The notes beneath the pieces were generated by a model. It did not search any database. It had not been told where the DNA came from and saw only the letters and a list, made by a program, of their open reading frames with translations. The position numbers and the translations under genes are program-made. Below, piece after piece: positions 7,749 to 16,858 of a DNA stretch of 46,333 nt. The stretch is from Planctomycetota bacterium (GTDB lineage: Bacteria; Planctomycetota; PUPC01): the NCBI GenBank assembly GCA_043819695.1, contig JBDREM010000141.1:1-46333 (forward strand), read 5' to 3'. Within the stretch, counting starts at the first letter, position 1. Every line of letters begins with the position of its first letter.

Positions 7749-7876
7749 CGGATATCTTCCGCCAATGGGCCTATGCTCCAATTCTAGGATGAAGTGAGCG
7801 AAAGTCAATTCATTTGTTTCTCGGAGCGCGACGCGGCGCCGCCGGCCGGCGGAGCGGATTGAAGTGGTCCCCGCCG

Positions 7877-7905
7877 TTGCACTGCTTCGCTCGCTCTTCT
7901 ACAAT
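7877..7905 (+). promoter_or_regulatory. sigma70-like promoter TTGCAC-N17-TACAAT
   Basis: ttgcac 7877-7882, 17-nt spacer, tacaat 7900-7905. AGGAGG (7914-7919) and ATG 7927 follow. Confidence 0.45.
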
Positions 7906-7926
7906 ATGGCGGCAGGAGGTGAAGGA

Positions 7927-8925
7927 ATGACGGGCGGAGTCGCACGCGGAATCGCATGCTGCCTGATGCTGGGCGGCGGTGCGCTCGGGGCCGGGGCCGC
8001 GGACCCGGGCCGGCTGGCGGCGGTCGTGGCCGGGCGGCCGGTGACCGTGTGCGAGCTTGCCGGGTGGCTTCGTCTGCGCGGCGTCGAGCCGGAGAGAGCG
8101 GGGGCGCGCGCGTGGCAGGACGCGCTGGACGCCGTCATCGACCGGGGCGTGCTGGCGGCGGCGGCGGAACAGGAGAAGGTGCAAGTGCTGGACGCGGAGG
8201 TGACTTCGGCGATCGCGGCGCAGCGGAAGGGCGCCGGCGCCGAAGCCTACGCGCGGCGTGTTGCCCTCATGGGGCTGGGCGGCGAACAGGAGCGTCGAAT
8301 GATGCGCGAGCAACTGCTCATCGAGCGGTTGCTGGCTCGGAAGCTTGGGGCGAAGCTCTTCGTCGCGCCCGGGGCGGTGTCGGCGTGGTACAAGAAGAAC
8401 AAGGATTTGCTGGCAGGCCCCGAGGTGCGCGTCGCGCGGGTGATGACGGTCGAGGGCGGACCGAGGGCAGCCGGAGCGGCGAAGGGTGCGGACGCGGAGC
8501 GGGCCGCCGCAGCGGCGCGGGCGAAGATCAACCGCCTGCGCGAGCGCGTGCTCGGCGGGGCCGACTTCGCGAAGCTTGCGCGCGACAGTTCCGCGGGGCC
8601 GTGGGCAAAGAAGGGCGGCCTGCTCGAGCCGATGGAGGAGGGTGATTCAGGGCCCGTCTTCGCGGAGCGCGTCTTCAGACTGGCAAAGCCGGGCGACGTG
8701 ACAGAAGTCTTCGAGACGGACGCCGGCCTGCACTTCCTGGGGCTCGAGGAAGTGAGGCCCGGCGAAGTGCCGAGTTTCAAGGACGCGCAGGAGACGATCC
8801 GCCGGCGGCTGCAGGCGGAACTGCGGGCGAAGCATATCTCGGAACTCGCGCGCGAACTGCGGCGGGAAACGACCGTGCGTGTATTCTGGCGCCACATTCC
8901 CTGGCGGCCGGGGGACGGCCGCTGA
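7927..8925 (+). CDS. parvulin-type peptidyl-prolyl isomerase (SurA/PrsA-like), secreted
   Basis: Track ORF 7864..8925. I prefer ATG 7927, with AGGAGG 7 nt upstream and a signal-like MTGGVARGIACCLMLGGGALGAGA. The PPIC rotamase region is ...GGADFAKLARDSSAGPWAKKGGLLEPMEEGD...FETDAGLHFLGLEE. Confidence 0.8.
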   Translation: MTGGVARGIACCLMLGGGALGAGAADPGRLAAVVAGRPVTVCELAGWLRLRGVEPERAGARAWQDALDAVIDRGVLAAAAEQEKVQVLDAEVTSAIAAQRKGAGAEAYARRVALMGLGGEQERRMMREQLLIERLLARKLGAKLFVAPGAVSAWYKKNKDLLAGPEVRVARVMTVEGGPRAAGAAKGADAERAAAAARAKINRLRERVLGGADFAKLARDSSAGPWAKKGGLLEPMEEGDSGPVFAERVFRLAKPGDVTEVFETDAGLHFLGLEEVRPGEVPSFKDAQETIRRRLQAELRAKHISELARELRRETTVRVFWRHIPWRPGDGR

Positions 8926-8952
8926 CGAACGAACAGTTCAGAAAAACAGTTG

Positions 8953-8980
8953 TTGACATCTGTTTGCGGCGTTACATAAT
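8953..8980 (+). promoter_or_regulatory. sigma70-like promoter TTGACA-N16-CATAAT ahead of the polysaccharide locus
   Basis: ttgaca 8953-8958, cataat 8975-8980, in an AT-rich patch. A gcgtcgc/gcgacgc hairpin follows in the leader. Confidence 0.5.
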
Positions 8981-9051
8981 AGCACGTTAAGGCGTCGCGG
9001 TGGGGCGACGCAATCCGACGACAAGCGCACTGGCGCGGGAGGGTAGCCCCT

Positions 9052-10053
9052 GTGGGGCTGATGTGCCATAGCGGGGTTCGTGTTCTCGTGACCGGCGCGG
9101 GCGGCTTCATCGGCTCGCACCTGGCCGAGGAACTCGTGCGGCGCGGGTGCAGCGTGCGGGCGATGACGCACTACGACAGCCGCGCCGGCCGCAGCAACCT
9201 CGAGTTCCTTCCCGACGACATCTACCAGGCCATCGAGTTCATTGCCGGCGACGTGCGCGATCCGTTCTTCATGATCGAGGCCGCGCGCGACATCGACGTC
9301 ATGTTCCATCTAGCCGCCCTCATCGCGATTCCGTACAGTTACATCGCACCGGCCTCGTACGTGGAGACGAACGTCTGCGGGACGCTGAACGTGATGGAGG
9401 CGGCGCGCCGGAACGGCGTTGCGAGGATCGTGCACACCTCGACGAGCGAATGCTACGGGACCGCGCTCTACCGGCCCATCGACGAGAAACATGCGCTGCA
9501 GGGGCAATCGCCGTACTCGGCGAGCAAGATCGGGGGCGACAAGATCGCGGAGAGTTTTTTCCTCTCGTTCGGCACGCCCGTCGTGACGCTGCGGCCTTTC
9601 AACACGTACGGGCCGCGCCAGTCGGCGCGCGCCGTCACACAGACGATCCTTTCGGAGTTGCTGGCGGGGAGCGAGACGCTGCGGCTTGGCTCGCTCGAGC
9701 CGGAGCGCGACCTGACGTACGTCTCGGACACGGCCGCGGCGTTCATCGCCGCCGCCGAGAGCGAGGAGGCGGCGGGGCAGCTTGTCAACTGCGGGACGGG
9801 AAGCGCGGTCACCATCGGCGAGCTTGCGAAGCTGGCGATGGACGTGACCGGGCGCGAGGTCGAGATCGTGTGTGAGGAGAAGCGTATCCGCCCGGAGAAG
9901 AGCGAGGTGATGGCGCTCATCTGCGACAACACGAAAGCGAAGGAGCTTCTTGACTGGGAGCCGCGCGTTCCGCTGCGCGACGGGATCGGCCGGTGCGCCG
10001 ACTTTGTCCGGGAGCATCCGCGCCTGTTCAGACCTGATGAGTATGCGCTCTGA
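9052..10053 (+). CDS. NAD-dependent NDP-sugar epimerase/dehydratase (extended SDR)
   Basis: VLVTGAGGFIGSHLAEELVRRG (Rossmann GxxGxxG) and YSASK (catalytic YxxxK). GTG 9052 has gggaggg 8 nt upstream; ATG 9061 is an alternative start. Confidence 0.85.
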   Translation: MGLMCHSGVRVLVTGAGGFIGSHLAEELVRRGCSVRAMTHYDSRAGRSNLEFLPDDIYQAIEFIAGDVRDPFFMIEAARDIDVMFHLAALIAIPYSYIAPASYVETNVCGTLNVMEAARRNGVARIVHTSTSECYGTALYRPIDEKHALQGQSPYSASKIGGDKIAESFFLSFGTPVVTLRPFNTYGPRQSARAVTQTILSELLAGSETLRLGSLEPERDLTYVSDTAAAFIAAAESEEAAGQLVNCGTGSAVTIGELAKLAMDVTGREVEIVCEEKRIRPEKSEVMALICDNTKAKELLDWEPRVPLRDGIGRCADFVREHPRLFRPDEYAL

Positions 10054-10071
10054 GTTGTGAGGCATGACGTG

Positions 10072-10812
10072 ATGCGGGTTATCATTCAAGCGGGCGGCGT
10101 TGGTTCCCGGCTGCGGCCCTACACGACCGTCGTGCCGAAGCCGCTGATGCCTGTGGGCGAGATGCCGATCCTGGAGATCGTGATCAGGCAGCTCGCCCGA
10201 TACGGCTTCAAGGACATCACGATCACGGTCGGGCATCTGGCCCATCTGATCCGCGCTTTCTTCGGGGATGGTTCGGCGTTCGGCGTTAGTATCGACTATA
10301 TGCTCGAGGACAGGCCGCTGGGCACCATCGGAGCGGTGAGCATGGTCCAGCGGCTCACCGAGCCCTTTATTGTAATGAACGGCGACCTCCTGACGGACAT
10401 AAACTACGAAGAGTTTTATGACGGCCACGTCGCGTCGGGCGCGCCCATGTCCGTGGCCACCTATGCCAAGGAAGTGCCGATATCGCTTGGCGTGATCGAG
10501 CTCGACGGCGACAGCCGCATCATCGGCTTTGTCGAGAAGCCGGTGAAGACATTCTCGGTGAGCATGGGCGTGTATGTAATGGCTCCGGAGATGCTGGGCC
10601 ATATTCCAGCCGGTGAGTACTTCGGATTCGACGACCTCATGGCAAAGGCCATCCGCGAGAGCATCCCGGTGCGGGCCGTGGGATTCGACGGGATATGGCT
10701 GGACATAGGACGGCACGAGGACTATGAGAATGCGACGCGGATTTTCGAGGAGAACCGGGAACGGTTCCTGGGGCCGAACACGCGGCCGGTCTTGTTGGAG
10801 GGCAGAATATAG
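10072..10812 (+). CDS. sugar-1-phosphate nucleotidyltransferase (NTP_transferase family)
   Basis: MRVIIQAGGVGSRLRPYTTVVPKPLMPV is the G-x-G-x-R-L signature. The track start 10057 is a GTG; ATG 10072 with GAGG 9 nt upstream is preferred. Confidence 0.85.
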   Translation: MRVIIQAGGVGSRLRPYTTVVPKPLMPVGEMPILEIVIRQLARYGFKDITITVGHLAHLIRAFFGDGSAFGVSIDYMLEDRPLGTIGAVSMVQRLTEPFIVMNGDLLTDINYEEFYDGHVASGAPMSVATYAKEVPISLGVIELDGDSRIIGFVEKPVKTFSVSMGVYVMAPEMLGHIPAGEYFGFDDLMAKAIRESIPVRAVGFDGIWLDIGRHEDYENATRIFEENRERFLGPNTRPVLLEGRI

Positions 10813-10853
10813 TGTAATGTGATGCAAAAAACTGTCTTGTGTTGTAATAGTGA

Positions 10854-10882
10854 TTGACATGCGGTTTTTAGGGGGGTGTAAT
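10854..10882 (+). promoter_or_regulatory. sigma70-like promoter TTGACA-N17-TGTAAT for paralog 1
   Basis: ttgaca 10854-10859, 17-nt spacer, tgtaat 10877-10882, in an AT-rich patch directly after the nucleotidyltransferase stop. Confidence 0.5.
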
Positions 10883-10946
10883 TGAGGTGGCAGAAGTGTC
10901 GTGGACACTTCCCACATTTGGGCGAAAAGTTGGAAGGAGGTACGGT

Positions 10947-11432
10947 ATGAAAGGCATGGTGGTGGTTTCGTTGGCCGTGGCGCTGCTTCTCGCACCGTGC
11001 GCGTCAGCGGCCGTCAAGGCTCAGGAGCTGGAGATGAAGTCGGGGGCTATCTCGCTGACCGTCAAGACGCACGACGGCGAGCCGCTGCCGAAGGCAACGG
11101 TCAAGCTGCTCGGCGCGGACGGGAAGGTGAAGCTCACCGTTGTTGCCGACAAGAACGGCGAGTGCGCGCTGAAGGACCTGAAGCCGGGAGCCTACAAGCT
11201 GATCCTTGCTGATCGCGCGATGCTTCCGTTCACCGTCAGCGACAAGGGCAAGGTGACCACGCTGCTACTGGTGCTCCCGCCCCCGCCGACATACGCAGCC
11301 GGCGAGGCGAAGAAGGCGTGGACGATGCCCACCCTTACTACTTTTATCATCGGGACCGTAGCGGTCGGCGTCGGCACTTATCTTATTCTCCGTGATGGCG
11401 GCGGCACCCACGGCCACGGTGGCCACCCGTAA
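10947..11432 (+). CDS. secreted, C-terminally anchored CarboxypepD_reg-like protein, paralog 1 (161 aa)
   Basis: ATG 10947 with ggaaggagg 6 nt upstream. Signal peptide MKGMVVVSLAVALLLAPCASA. The Ig-like segment LTVKTHDGEPLPKATVKLLGADGKVKLTVVADKNGECALKDLKPGAYKLIL is typical of the carboxypeptidase-regulatory-like fold. The C-terminus is MPTLTTFIIGTVAVGVGTYLIL (TM) plus RDGGGTHGHGGHP. It is a close paralog of 29341..29820. Confidence 0.8.
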   Translation: MKGMVVVSLAVALLLAPCASAAVKAQELEMKSGAISLTVKTHDGEPLPKATVKLLGADGKVKLTVVADKNGECALKDLKPGAYKLILADRAMLPFTVSDKGKVTTLLLVLPPPPTYAAGEAKKAWTMPTLTTFIIGTVAVGVGTYLILRDGGGTHGHGGHP

Positions 11433-11559
11433 TGGGTGGCGCAGAAAAAACCCAACTGTCCGCGTTCCTTAGGCCGGCCGACGCGCTTGGCAGGGCGCAC
11501 CCTTGCCGGGCGCGTTCGCTGAACGGGAGGTGACCCTGATCTTGCGAAGCAGACAGACG

Positions 11560-13476
11560 ATGTTTGGCGCCGGATTCGTGCGCTTGTTCGACATCGTTGC
11601 CTCGGTTGCGCTGCTGCTGCTCGCCTCTCTCTTCTTCATCGGCATCGCCGTTCTGATCAAGCTCGACTCGGCGGGCCCGGTGTTCTTCCTTCAGGAGCGG
11701 GTTGGCAAGGGCTGGCGCCGCTTCAGGATGTTCAAATTCCGGAAAATGTTCCATGGCGGCAAGTCCGCCGGGCCGGGTATCACCGCACGGTTTGATCCGC
11801 GCGTGACGCGGGTGGGGAGCTGGCTTGAGCGGACGAAGCTCGACGAACTGCCGCAGCTCATCAACGTCTTCCTCGGCAATATGTCGCTTGTTGGCCCGCG
11901 CCCTGAGATCCCCCGGTTCACGGGCGAGCCGTACACCGAGCAGTGGAACGAAGTCCTCTCGGTCAAGCCCGGGATCTTCGGCCCGAACCAGATCACGCAC
12001 AGGAACGAGTCGGAGCTGTTCCCGGCTGACTGCGAGGAGGTCGAGGCGTACTACGTCAAGCACATCTTGCCGCCCAAGCTGGCGGCGGACGCGGCCTACG
12101 CTGCGAAGAAGTCTCTCTTCTATGACATCTGGATTATCGCGTGTTGTGTGTGGGTGAGCTTGACGGGCGCCATCACGAAAGATACGGTTCGGACGCGGCG
12201 CTGGCAGGTTGCCCACCTGCTGACGTGCGTTGCGCTGGGCGAACTGACGCTGATGGCGGCGTTTCTGCTGCGGTTCGACTGGGGCATCCCGGCGAGCGAA
12301 CTCACGCACCTTCAACTCGGCCTCGTGCTGATGGCAGCGGCAAGAATGATCTGCTTCCACCAGTTCGCCGTCCATCGAAGCGTGCACGCGTTCTTCAACC
12401 TGTTCGACGCGATGCGGATCTGCGCCAGCGTCGCCGCGGGCACCGTGGTCGGGATCGCCGCGCAGATCCTGCTGAACTTTCGGGCCCTGTCCCGGGCGAT
12501 CTTTGTCGTGGACGGCGTGCTTCTGGCCCTGGTCTTGATCGGCGTGAGTTACCTGGGCGACCGGGCGCTCGCGGCGGTGAGGCGCGACCGCGCGGCCGGG
12601 CGCCGGGAGCTGCGCTCACGCGCCGGCTGGAGTATTGCGGCCGGGATCGCGGGCGTCGTGGCGATGCTCTACTCGCTCGCGTTCGTCTGGCCGGGTGTTT
12701 TCGTCGGGCACAGCTTCCAGCTTTTGTGCGTTCTTGGCGTGGTGTTCGCCAGCCGAGCGATCCTCTTCCCGTTCCTGGCCCGTCGGCTGCCGGCGTCGCT
12801 CAGCTTCGTCGGCATCCTTACGGGGCACGTCCGCCCGATCGTGAGGCACTGCGCACTGACGTTCGTCGCCGACATCACGGCCGTGTTCTTCCTGAACATC
12901 CGCCACTTCAGCCGCGGGGCGGTGATCGTCAACGCGCTCTTCTACTCGATGCTCCTGCTTCTCGTCCTGACGATCCGCTGCGCGTGGGGCCGCAAGTATC
13001 GAGGGGACGCTTTGGACGCCGAGCTGGCGCAGCAGGGCGAGGTCCTCCTTGTGGGCGACGGGCGCGAGGTGGGGTACCTCGTCGACACACTGAGGCATAA
13101 CGGGAGCGGCCACGTGGAGATCGGCGGGATCGTGACGGCAGACCCTGACAAGCGGACGCGACGCGTGCACGGCGTCGAAGTCGTCGGCACCACCCGGGAT
13201 CTCGCCGCCCTGATCCAGGCGAGGGAGCCGTCGCTCGTCATGGTGCTCAAGGACACAATCGACGAGTCGGCGGCGCGTGACGTGACCCGCGCGTGCCGGG
13301 CGCACGGCGTTGACATCCGGGTCGTGCCGGGCATAATGGAGTACATCGGGCCGAAAGGGAACGCCAGCGAAGTAGCTGCCGAAGAGGCGGCCGGCACGGC
13401 CTCGGAGCCGACGGCCGCCGAGATGCGGCAGGGCCGCGCGACCGCGGGCAGGGCAAGAGCCGCGACCGCTCACTGA
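11560..13476 (+). CDS. phosphoglycosyl transferase (Bac_transf) with the catalytic domain at the N-terminus, followed by a polytopic membrane region and a Rossmann-like (CoA_binding_3-like) domain
   Basis: ATG 11560: [63 protein letters not shown]...[23 protein letters not shown] is the PglC/WbaP catalytic core. Then ~250 aa of TM helices. Then [34 protein letters not shown]...[24 protein letters not shown] is a Rossmann-like domain. Confidence 0.85.
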   Translation: MFGAGFVRLFDIVASVALLLLASLFFIGIAVLIKLDSAGPVFFLQERVGKGWRRFRMFKFRKMFHGGKSAGPGITARFDPRVTRVGSWLERTKLDELPQLINVFLGNMSLVGPRPEIPRFTGEPYTEQWNEVLSVKPGIFGPNQITHRNESELFPADCEEVEAYYVKHILPPKLAADAAYAAKKSLFYDIWIIACCVWVSLTGAITKDTVRTRRWQVAHLLTCVALGELTLMAAFLLRFDWGIPASELTHLQLGLVLMAAARMICFHQFAVHRSVHAFFNLFDAMRICASVAAGTVVGIAAQILLNFRALSRAIFVVDGVLLALVLIGVSYLGDRALAAVRRDRAAGRRELRSRAGWSIAAGIAGVVAMLYSLAFVWPGVFVGHSFQLLCVLGVVFASRAILFPFLARRLPASLSFVGILTGHVRPIVRHCALTFVADITAVFFLNIRHFSRGAVIVNALFYSMLLLLVLTIRCAWGRKYRGDALDAELAQQGEVLLVGDGREVGYLVDTLRHNGSGHVEIGGIVTADPDKRTRRVHGVEVVGTTRDLAALIQAREPSLVMVLKDTIDESAARDVTRACRAHGVDIRVVPGIMEYIGPKGNASEVAAEEAAGTASEPTAAEMRQGRATAGRARAATAH

Positions 13477-13504
13477 GGCGGTCGCCTTTATAATAACTCG
13501 CCAC

Positions 13505-14641
13505 GTGAACTGGAAAATCCCCTTATTCGACACGGACTTCGGCCCCGACGAGCTGGCGGCCGTCCGGCGCCCCGTCGACGCCGGCTGGCTGACGATGGGC
13601 GAAGAGGTGCTGGCGGCCGAGAACGAGCTGCGCGAGCGCCTCGGCGTGCGCCACTGCTTCGTCGTCACGAACTGTACGGCGGCCCTGCACATGGCGTGCG
13701 CGGCCATCGGGCTCGGGCCGGGCGACGAAGTCCTCTGTCCCGCGCTCACATTCGCTGCCAGCGCCAACGCCGTCTGCTACACCGGCGCCACGCCGGTTTT
13801 CTGCGAGAGCAAGGGCGAGCACGATCTGAACATCGACCCCGAGGACGCACGCGCCAGGATCACCGGGCGCACGCGGGCCGTCATGGCCGTGCACTATGCC
13901 GGCTTTCCGTGTGACGTGGAAGCGCTCGGCTCAATGGCAGACGAGCACGGCCTCGAGCTCGTCGAAGATTGCGCCCACGCCGTCTTCTCGAAGCGAGGGG
14001 GAGCTTACTGCGGCACGTTCGGCGACGCCGGATGCTACAGCTTCTTCTCGAACAAGAACATCACGTGCGGCGAGGGCGGCGCGCTCGTCACCGGCCGCGA
14101 CGACCTCGCCGAAAAACTCCGCCTGCTTCGGTCGCACGGAATGACCTCCCTCACGCTCGATCGTCACAAGGGCCACGCGTTCACGTACGACGTGCTCCTC
14201 CACGGGTACAACTACCGCATCGACGAAATCCGGGCTGCATTGCTCCGCGCGCAACTCGGGAAGCTCGACGCAGCCCTCGAACGCCGCCGCGAGCTCTTCA
14301 ATGCCTATGCAGCAGCGTTCGAAGGCACCGGCATTACCGTGCCGTTCGCCGGCCGGACGCTCGCGGACGACTGGCCCGACACGGCCGTGCACATAATGCC
14401 CGTGGTCCTTCCGCCGGGGACGAACCGGACGGCCGTGATGACGGCGATGAGGGACGCCGGCATCCAGACGAGCGTTCACTACCGGCCCGTCCACACGATG
14501 ACGGCGTTCGCCGGGCAGGGAGCTCCGCTGCCGAGAACGGAGGATATCGGCGCCCGGGAGCTGACGCTGCCGCTCTTTCCCACGCTGGGCGAGGCGGGCG
14601 TGGCCGCGGTTGTCCAGGCGCTGCTTCGTTCGTTGGGATAG
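13505..14641 (+). CDS. DegT/DnrJ/EryC1/StrS-family PLP-dependent sugar aminotransferase
   Basis: 378 aa, GTG start. ...NCTAALHMA..., DCAHA and SFFSNKNITCGEGGALV (PLP-Lys region) are typical of NDP-4-keto-sugar aminotransferases. Confidence 0.9.
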   Translation: MNWKIPLFDTDFGPDELAAVRRPVDAGWLTMGEEVLAAENELRERLGVRHCFVVTNCTAALHMACAAIGLGPGDEVLCPALTFAASANAVCYTGATPVFCESKGEHDLNIDPEDARARITGRTRAVMAVHYAGFPCDVEALGSMADEHGLELVEDCAHAVFSKRGGAYCGTFGDAGCYSFFSNKNITCGEGGALVTGRDDLAEKLRLLRSHGMTSLTLDRHKGHAFTYDVLLHGYNYRIDEIRAALLRAQLGKLDAALERRRELFNAYAAAFEGTGITVPFAGRTLADDWPDTAVHIMPVVLPPGTNRTAVMTAMRDAGIQTSVHYRPVHTMTAFAGQGAPLPRTEDIGARELTLPLFPTLGEAGVAAVVQALLRSLG

Positions 14642-14949
14642 CTCCGCCCCGGCGGGCGGCGGCCTTGACGCGGCTCGACACGGTTCGGTAACATAGGCGC
14701 GAAGCCGCGGATGACGGACAAGCCAGGAGGGCCGATTTGGGATTCGGAACGGGCTTCGGATCGGCAGCTACCACATTCCGGAGCATGCAATGCACGGAAT
14801 GGGCGTGCCGGATGACCTCGACGAATACGTCGCCCTGCTCAAGGAGAAGGAACTGGCAGTATGAAGGTGGCGAAGCTCGACGACTTCGTGCGCGGCCGGT
14901 ACAATGAGGCTGCCGCGAGGCGGGCCCGGTCAAGGAGTGAGGTGCTGAA

Positions 14950-15978
14950 ATGATGAAGCGTGTTCTTGTGACGGGCGGCGCGGGCTATGTGGGCTGCGTG
15001 CTCGTGCCCAAGCTCCTCGAGCAGGGCCGGGAGGTTCGCGTTCTCGACAAGCTCGTCTTCGGCGGCCAGGGGCTCGATGCGGTGAAGGACAAGATCGAGC
15101 TTGTTGCGGGCGACATCCGCGACGCCGACCCCGCCGTGTTCGACGGGATCGACGGCGTTGTGCACCTGGCCGGCCTGTCGAACGATCCGACCGCCGAATA
15201 CAATCCCGCGGCGAACGAGGCCATCAACACCGAGGGCACGATCCGCCTTGCCGAACAGGCCAAGGCCGCGGGCATCGGCCGTTTCGTTCTCGCGTCGTCC
15301 TGCTCCGTCTATTACTCGATGCAGGCGGACAACGCCGTGCGCGACGAAGAATCGGCCATCGATCCGCGCGCGCCTTACTCCTCCTCGAAGTACAACGCCG
15401 AGAAGGGGCTCTTGAAGTTGGCCGGCGGCAAGTTCTCTCCGGTCGTCCTTCGCAAGGGCACGGTGTTTGGTTCATCACCGAGGATGCGGTACGACCTCGT
15501 GGTGAACACGTTCACCAAGGACGCGTTCGAGCACCGCCAGCTCGTGGTGCACGCGGGCGGCAGGATATGGCGGCCGCTGCTTCACATCGAGGACGCGGCC
15601 GACGCGTACTGCATGGCGCTCGATGCACCGGACGACGAGGTCCGCGGGCAGGTGTTCAACGTTCTCTCCGACAACTACGAGGTGCTGAAGGTCGCCTACG
15701 AGGTGCGCCGCGCGCTCGAGACAGCCAAAGGCGTCCGCATCGGCATCGAGATCCAACAGGTCGGCACGGTGCGGAGCTATCGCGTGTCGGGCGACAAGTT
15801 CGCGAAGGTCTTCGGCTCGCCTCTGACCCGTCCGATCGGCCCCGCCGTCGGCCGGATGTGGGATGCCCTCGAGGAAGGCGTCGATACGACCGAGCCGGTC
15901 TACTACAACATCCGCTGGCTCGAGCTGCTGGTGGACATGCAGAATCGGCTGGCCGACATGGGCGGCGGGCCGCTTTAG
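14950..15978 (+). CDS. NAD-dependent epimerase/dehydratase (SDR)
   Basis: MMKRVLVTGGAGYVGCVLVPKLLEQG and YSSSKYNAEK (YxxxK). Confidence 0.85.
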   Translation: MMKRVLVTGGAGYVGCVLVPKLLEQGREVRVLDKLVFGGQGLDAVKDKIELVAGDIRDADPAVFDGIDGVVHLAGLSNDPTAEYNPAANEAINTEGTIRLAEQAKAAGIGRFVLASSCSVYYSMQADNAVRDEESAIDPRAPYSSSKYNAEKGLLKLAGGKFSPVVLRKGTVFGSSPRMRYDLVVNTFTKDAFEHRQLVVHAGGRIWRPLLHIEDAADAYCMALDAPDDEVRGQVFNVLSDNYEVLKVAYEVRRALETAKGVRIGIEIQQVGTVRSYRVSGDKFAKVFGSPLTRPIGPAVGRMWDALEEGVDTTEPVYYNIRWLELLVDMQNRLADMGGGPL

Positions 15979-15991
15979 ATGGAGGGGCATC

Positions 15992-16858
15992 GTGAGGTTC
16001 GCCATCATCGGCGCGAAGGGCCAGGTAGGGCAGGAGTTCGCCAAGCACCTGGTTCGGGATGAGTTCATCGGGCTCGACGTCGATGAGCTCGACGTCCGCG
16101 ACCGGGAGTCGGTGCGGGCCTGTCTCGGCCCGCTCTCGTTCGACGCCGTCATCAACCTCGCCGCGTTCCACAACGTGAACGGATGCGAGGATGACCCCGA
16201 GAAGGCGTTTGCAGTGAACGCGACGGGCGCGTTCAACGTGGCCTCGGTCGCCGCCGAAATGGGCAAGAAGGTCGCGTTCTTCTCATCGGATTACGTGTTC
16301 GGCGGCGAGCCGGCGCGCTCGACGCCCTACGTCGAGGCGGACCGGGCCGCGCCGCTCAACATTTACGGCGCATCGAAGGTCGCCGGCGAGCACCTGGTCC
16401 GGGCCGCCCGGCCCGACGGCCACCTGATCATTCGGTCGAGCAGCCTGTACGGCCGCGTCACGAGCGCGAAGGGATGGACGTTCCCCGAGCTGATGCTGAA
16501 GAAGGCCCGGGACGGCGACGACCTGAAAGTCGTCAACGATCAGTTCATGGTGCCGACGTATACCTACGACCTGGCGGGGCGCGTGCTCGAGCTGTTCGAG
16601 AGGGGCGCGACCGGCATCTTCCACGTCGTCAACTCCGGCTCGTGCTCCTGGCATGACCTCGCCTGTGCGACGCTCGATCTCGCCGGCCTCGGGGCCGACG
16701 TCCGGCCGGTCTCGGCCGACGAGTTTCCTGCGAAGGCGCGGCGGCCGAGCTATTCCGTCCTCTCTTCGGACCGCTTGCAGGAGTTCGGCCTGGCGCCGCT
16801 GCGCGGCTGGCGCGACGCCCTCAAAGCCTACCTGATCGAAAAAGGAGAGATCAGTTGA
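15992..16858 (+). CDS. RmlD-like NDP-4-dehydro-6-deoxyhexose reductase
   Basis: Track ORF 15863..16858 trimmed to GTG 15992, with ggagggg 5 nt upstream: (M)RFAIIGAKGQVGQEF...NLAAFHNV...SSDYVFGG...YGASKVAGE matches the RmlD substrate-binding family pattern. Confidence 0.8.
   Translation: MRFAIIGAKGQVGQEFAKHLVRDEFIGLDVDELDVRDRESVRACLGPLSFDAVINLAAFHNVNGCEDDPEKAFAVNATGAFNVASVAAEMGKKVAFFSSDYVFGGEPARSTPYVEADRAAPLNIYGASKVAGEHLVRAARPDGHLIIRSSSLYGRVTSAKGWTFPELMLKKARDGDDLKVVNDQFMVPTYTYDLAGRVLELFERGATGIFHVVNSGSCSWHDLACATLDLAGLGADVRPVSADEFPAKARRPSYSVLSSDRLQEFGLAPLRGWRDALKAYLIEKGEIS

Noticed and set aside
13477-13504. aggcg-gt-cgcct hairpin plus TATAAT after the PGT gene, as a terminator or promoter.
   Set aside because: The stem is only 5 bp, there is no -35 partner, and the next gene starts 13 nt later. 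This is more likely simple intergenic AT-rich spacing.
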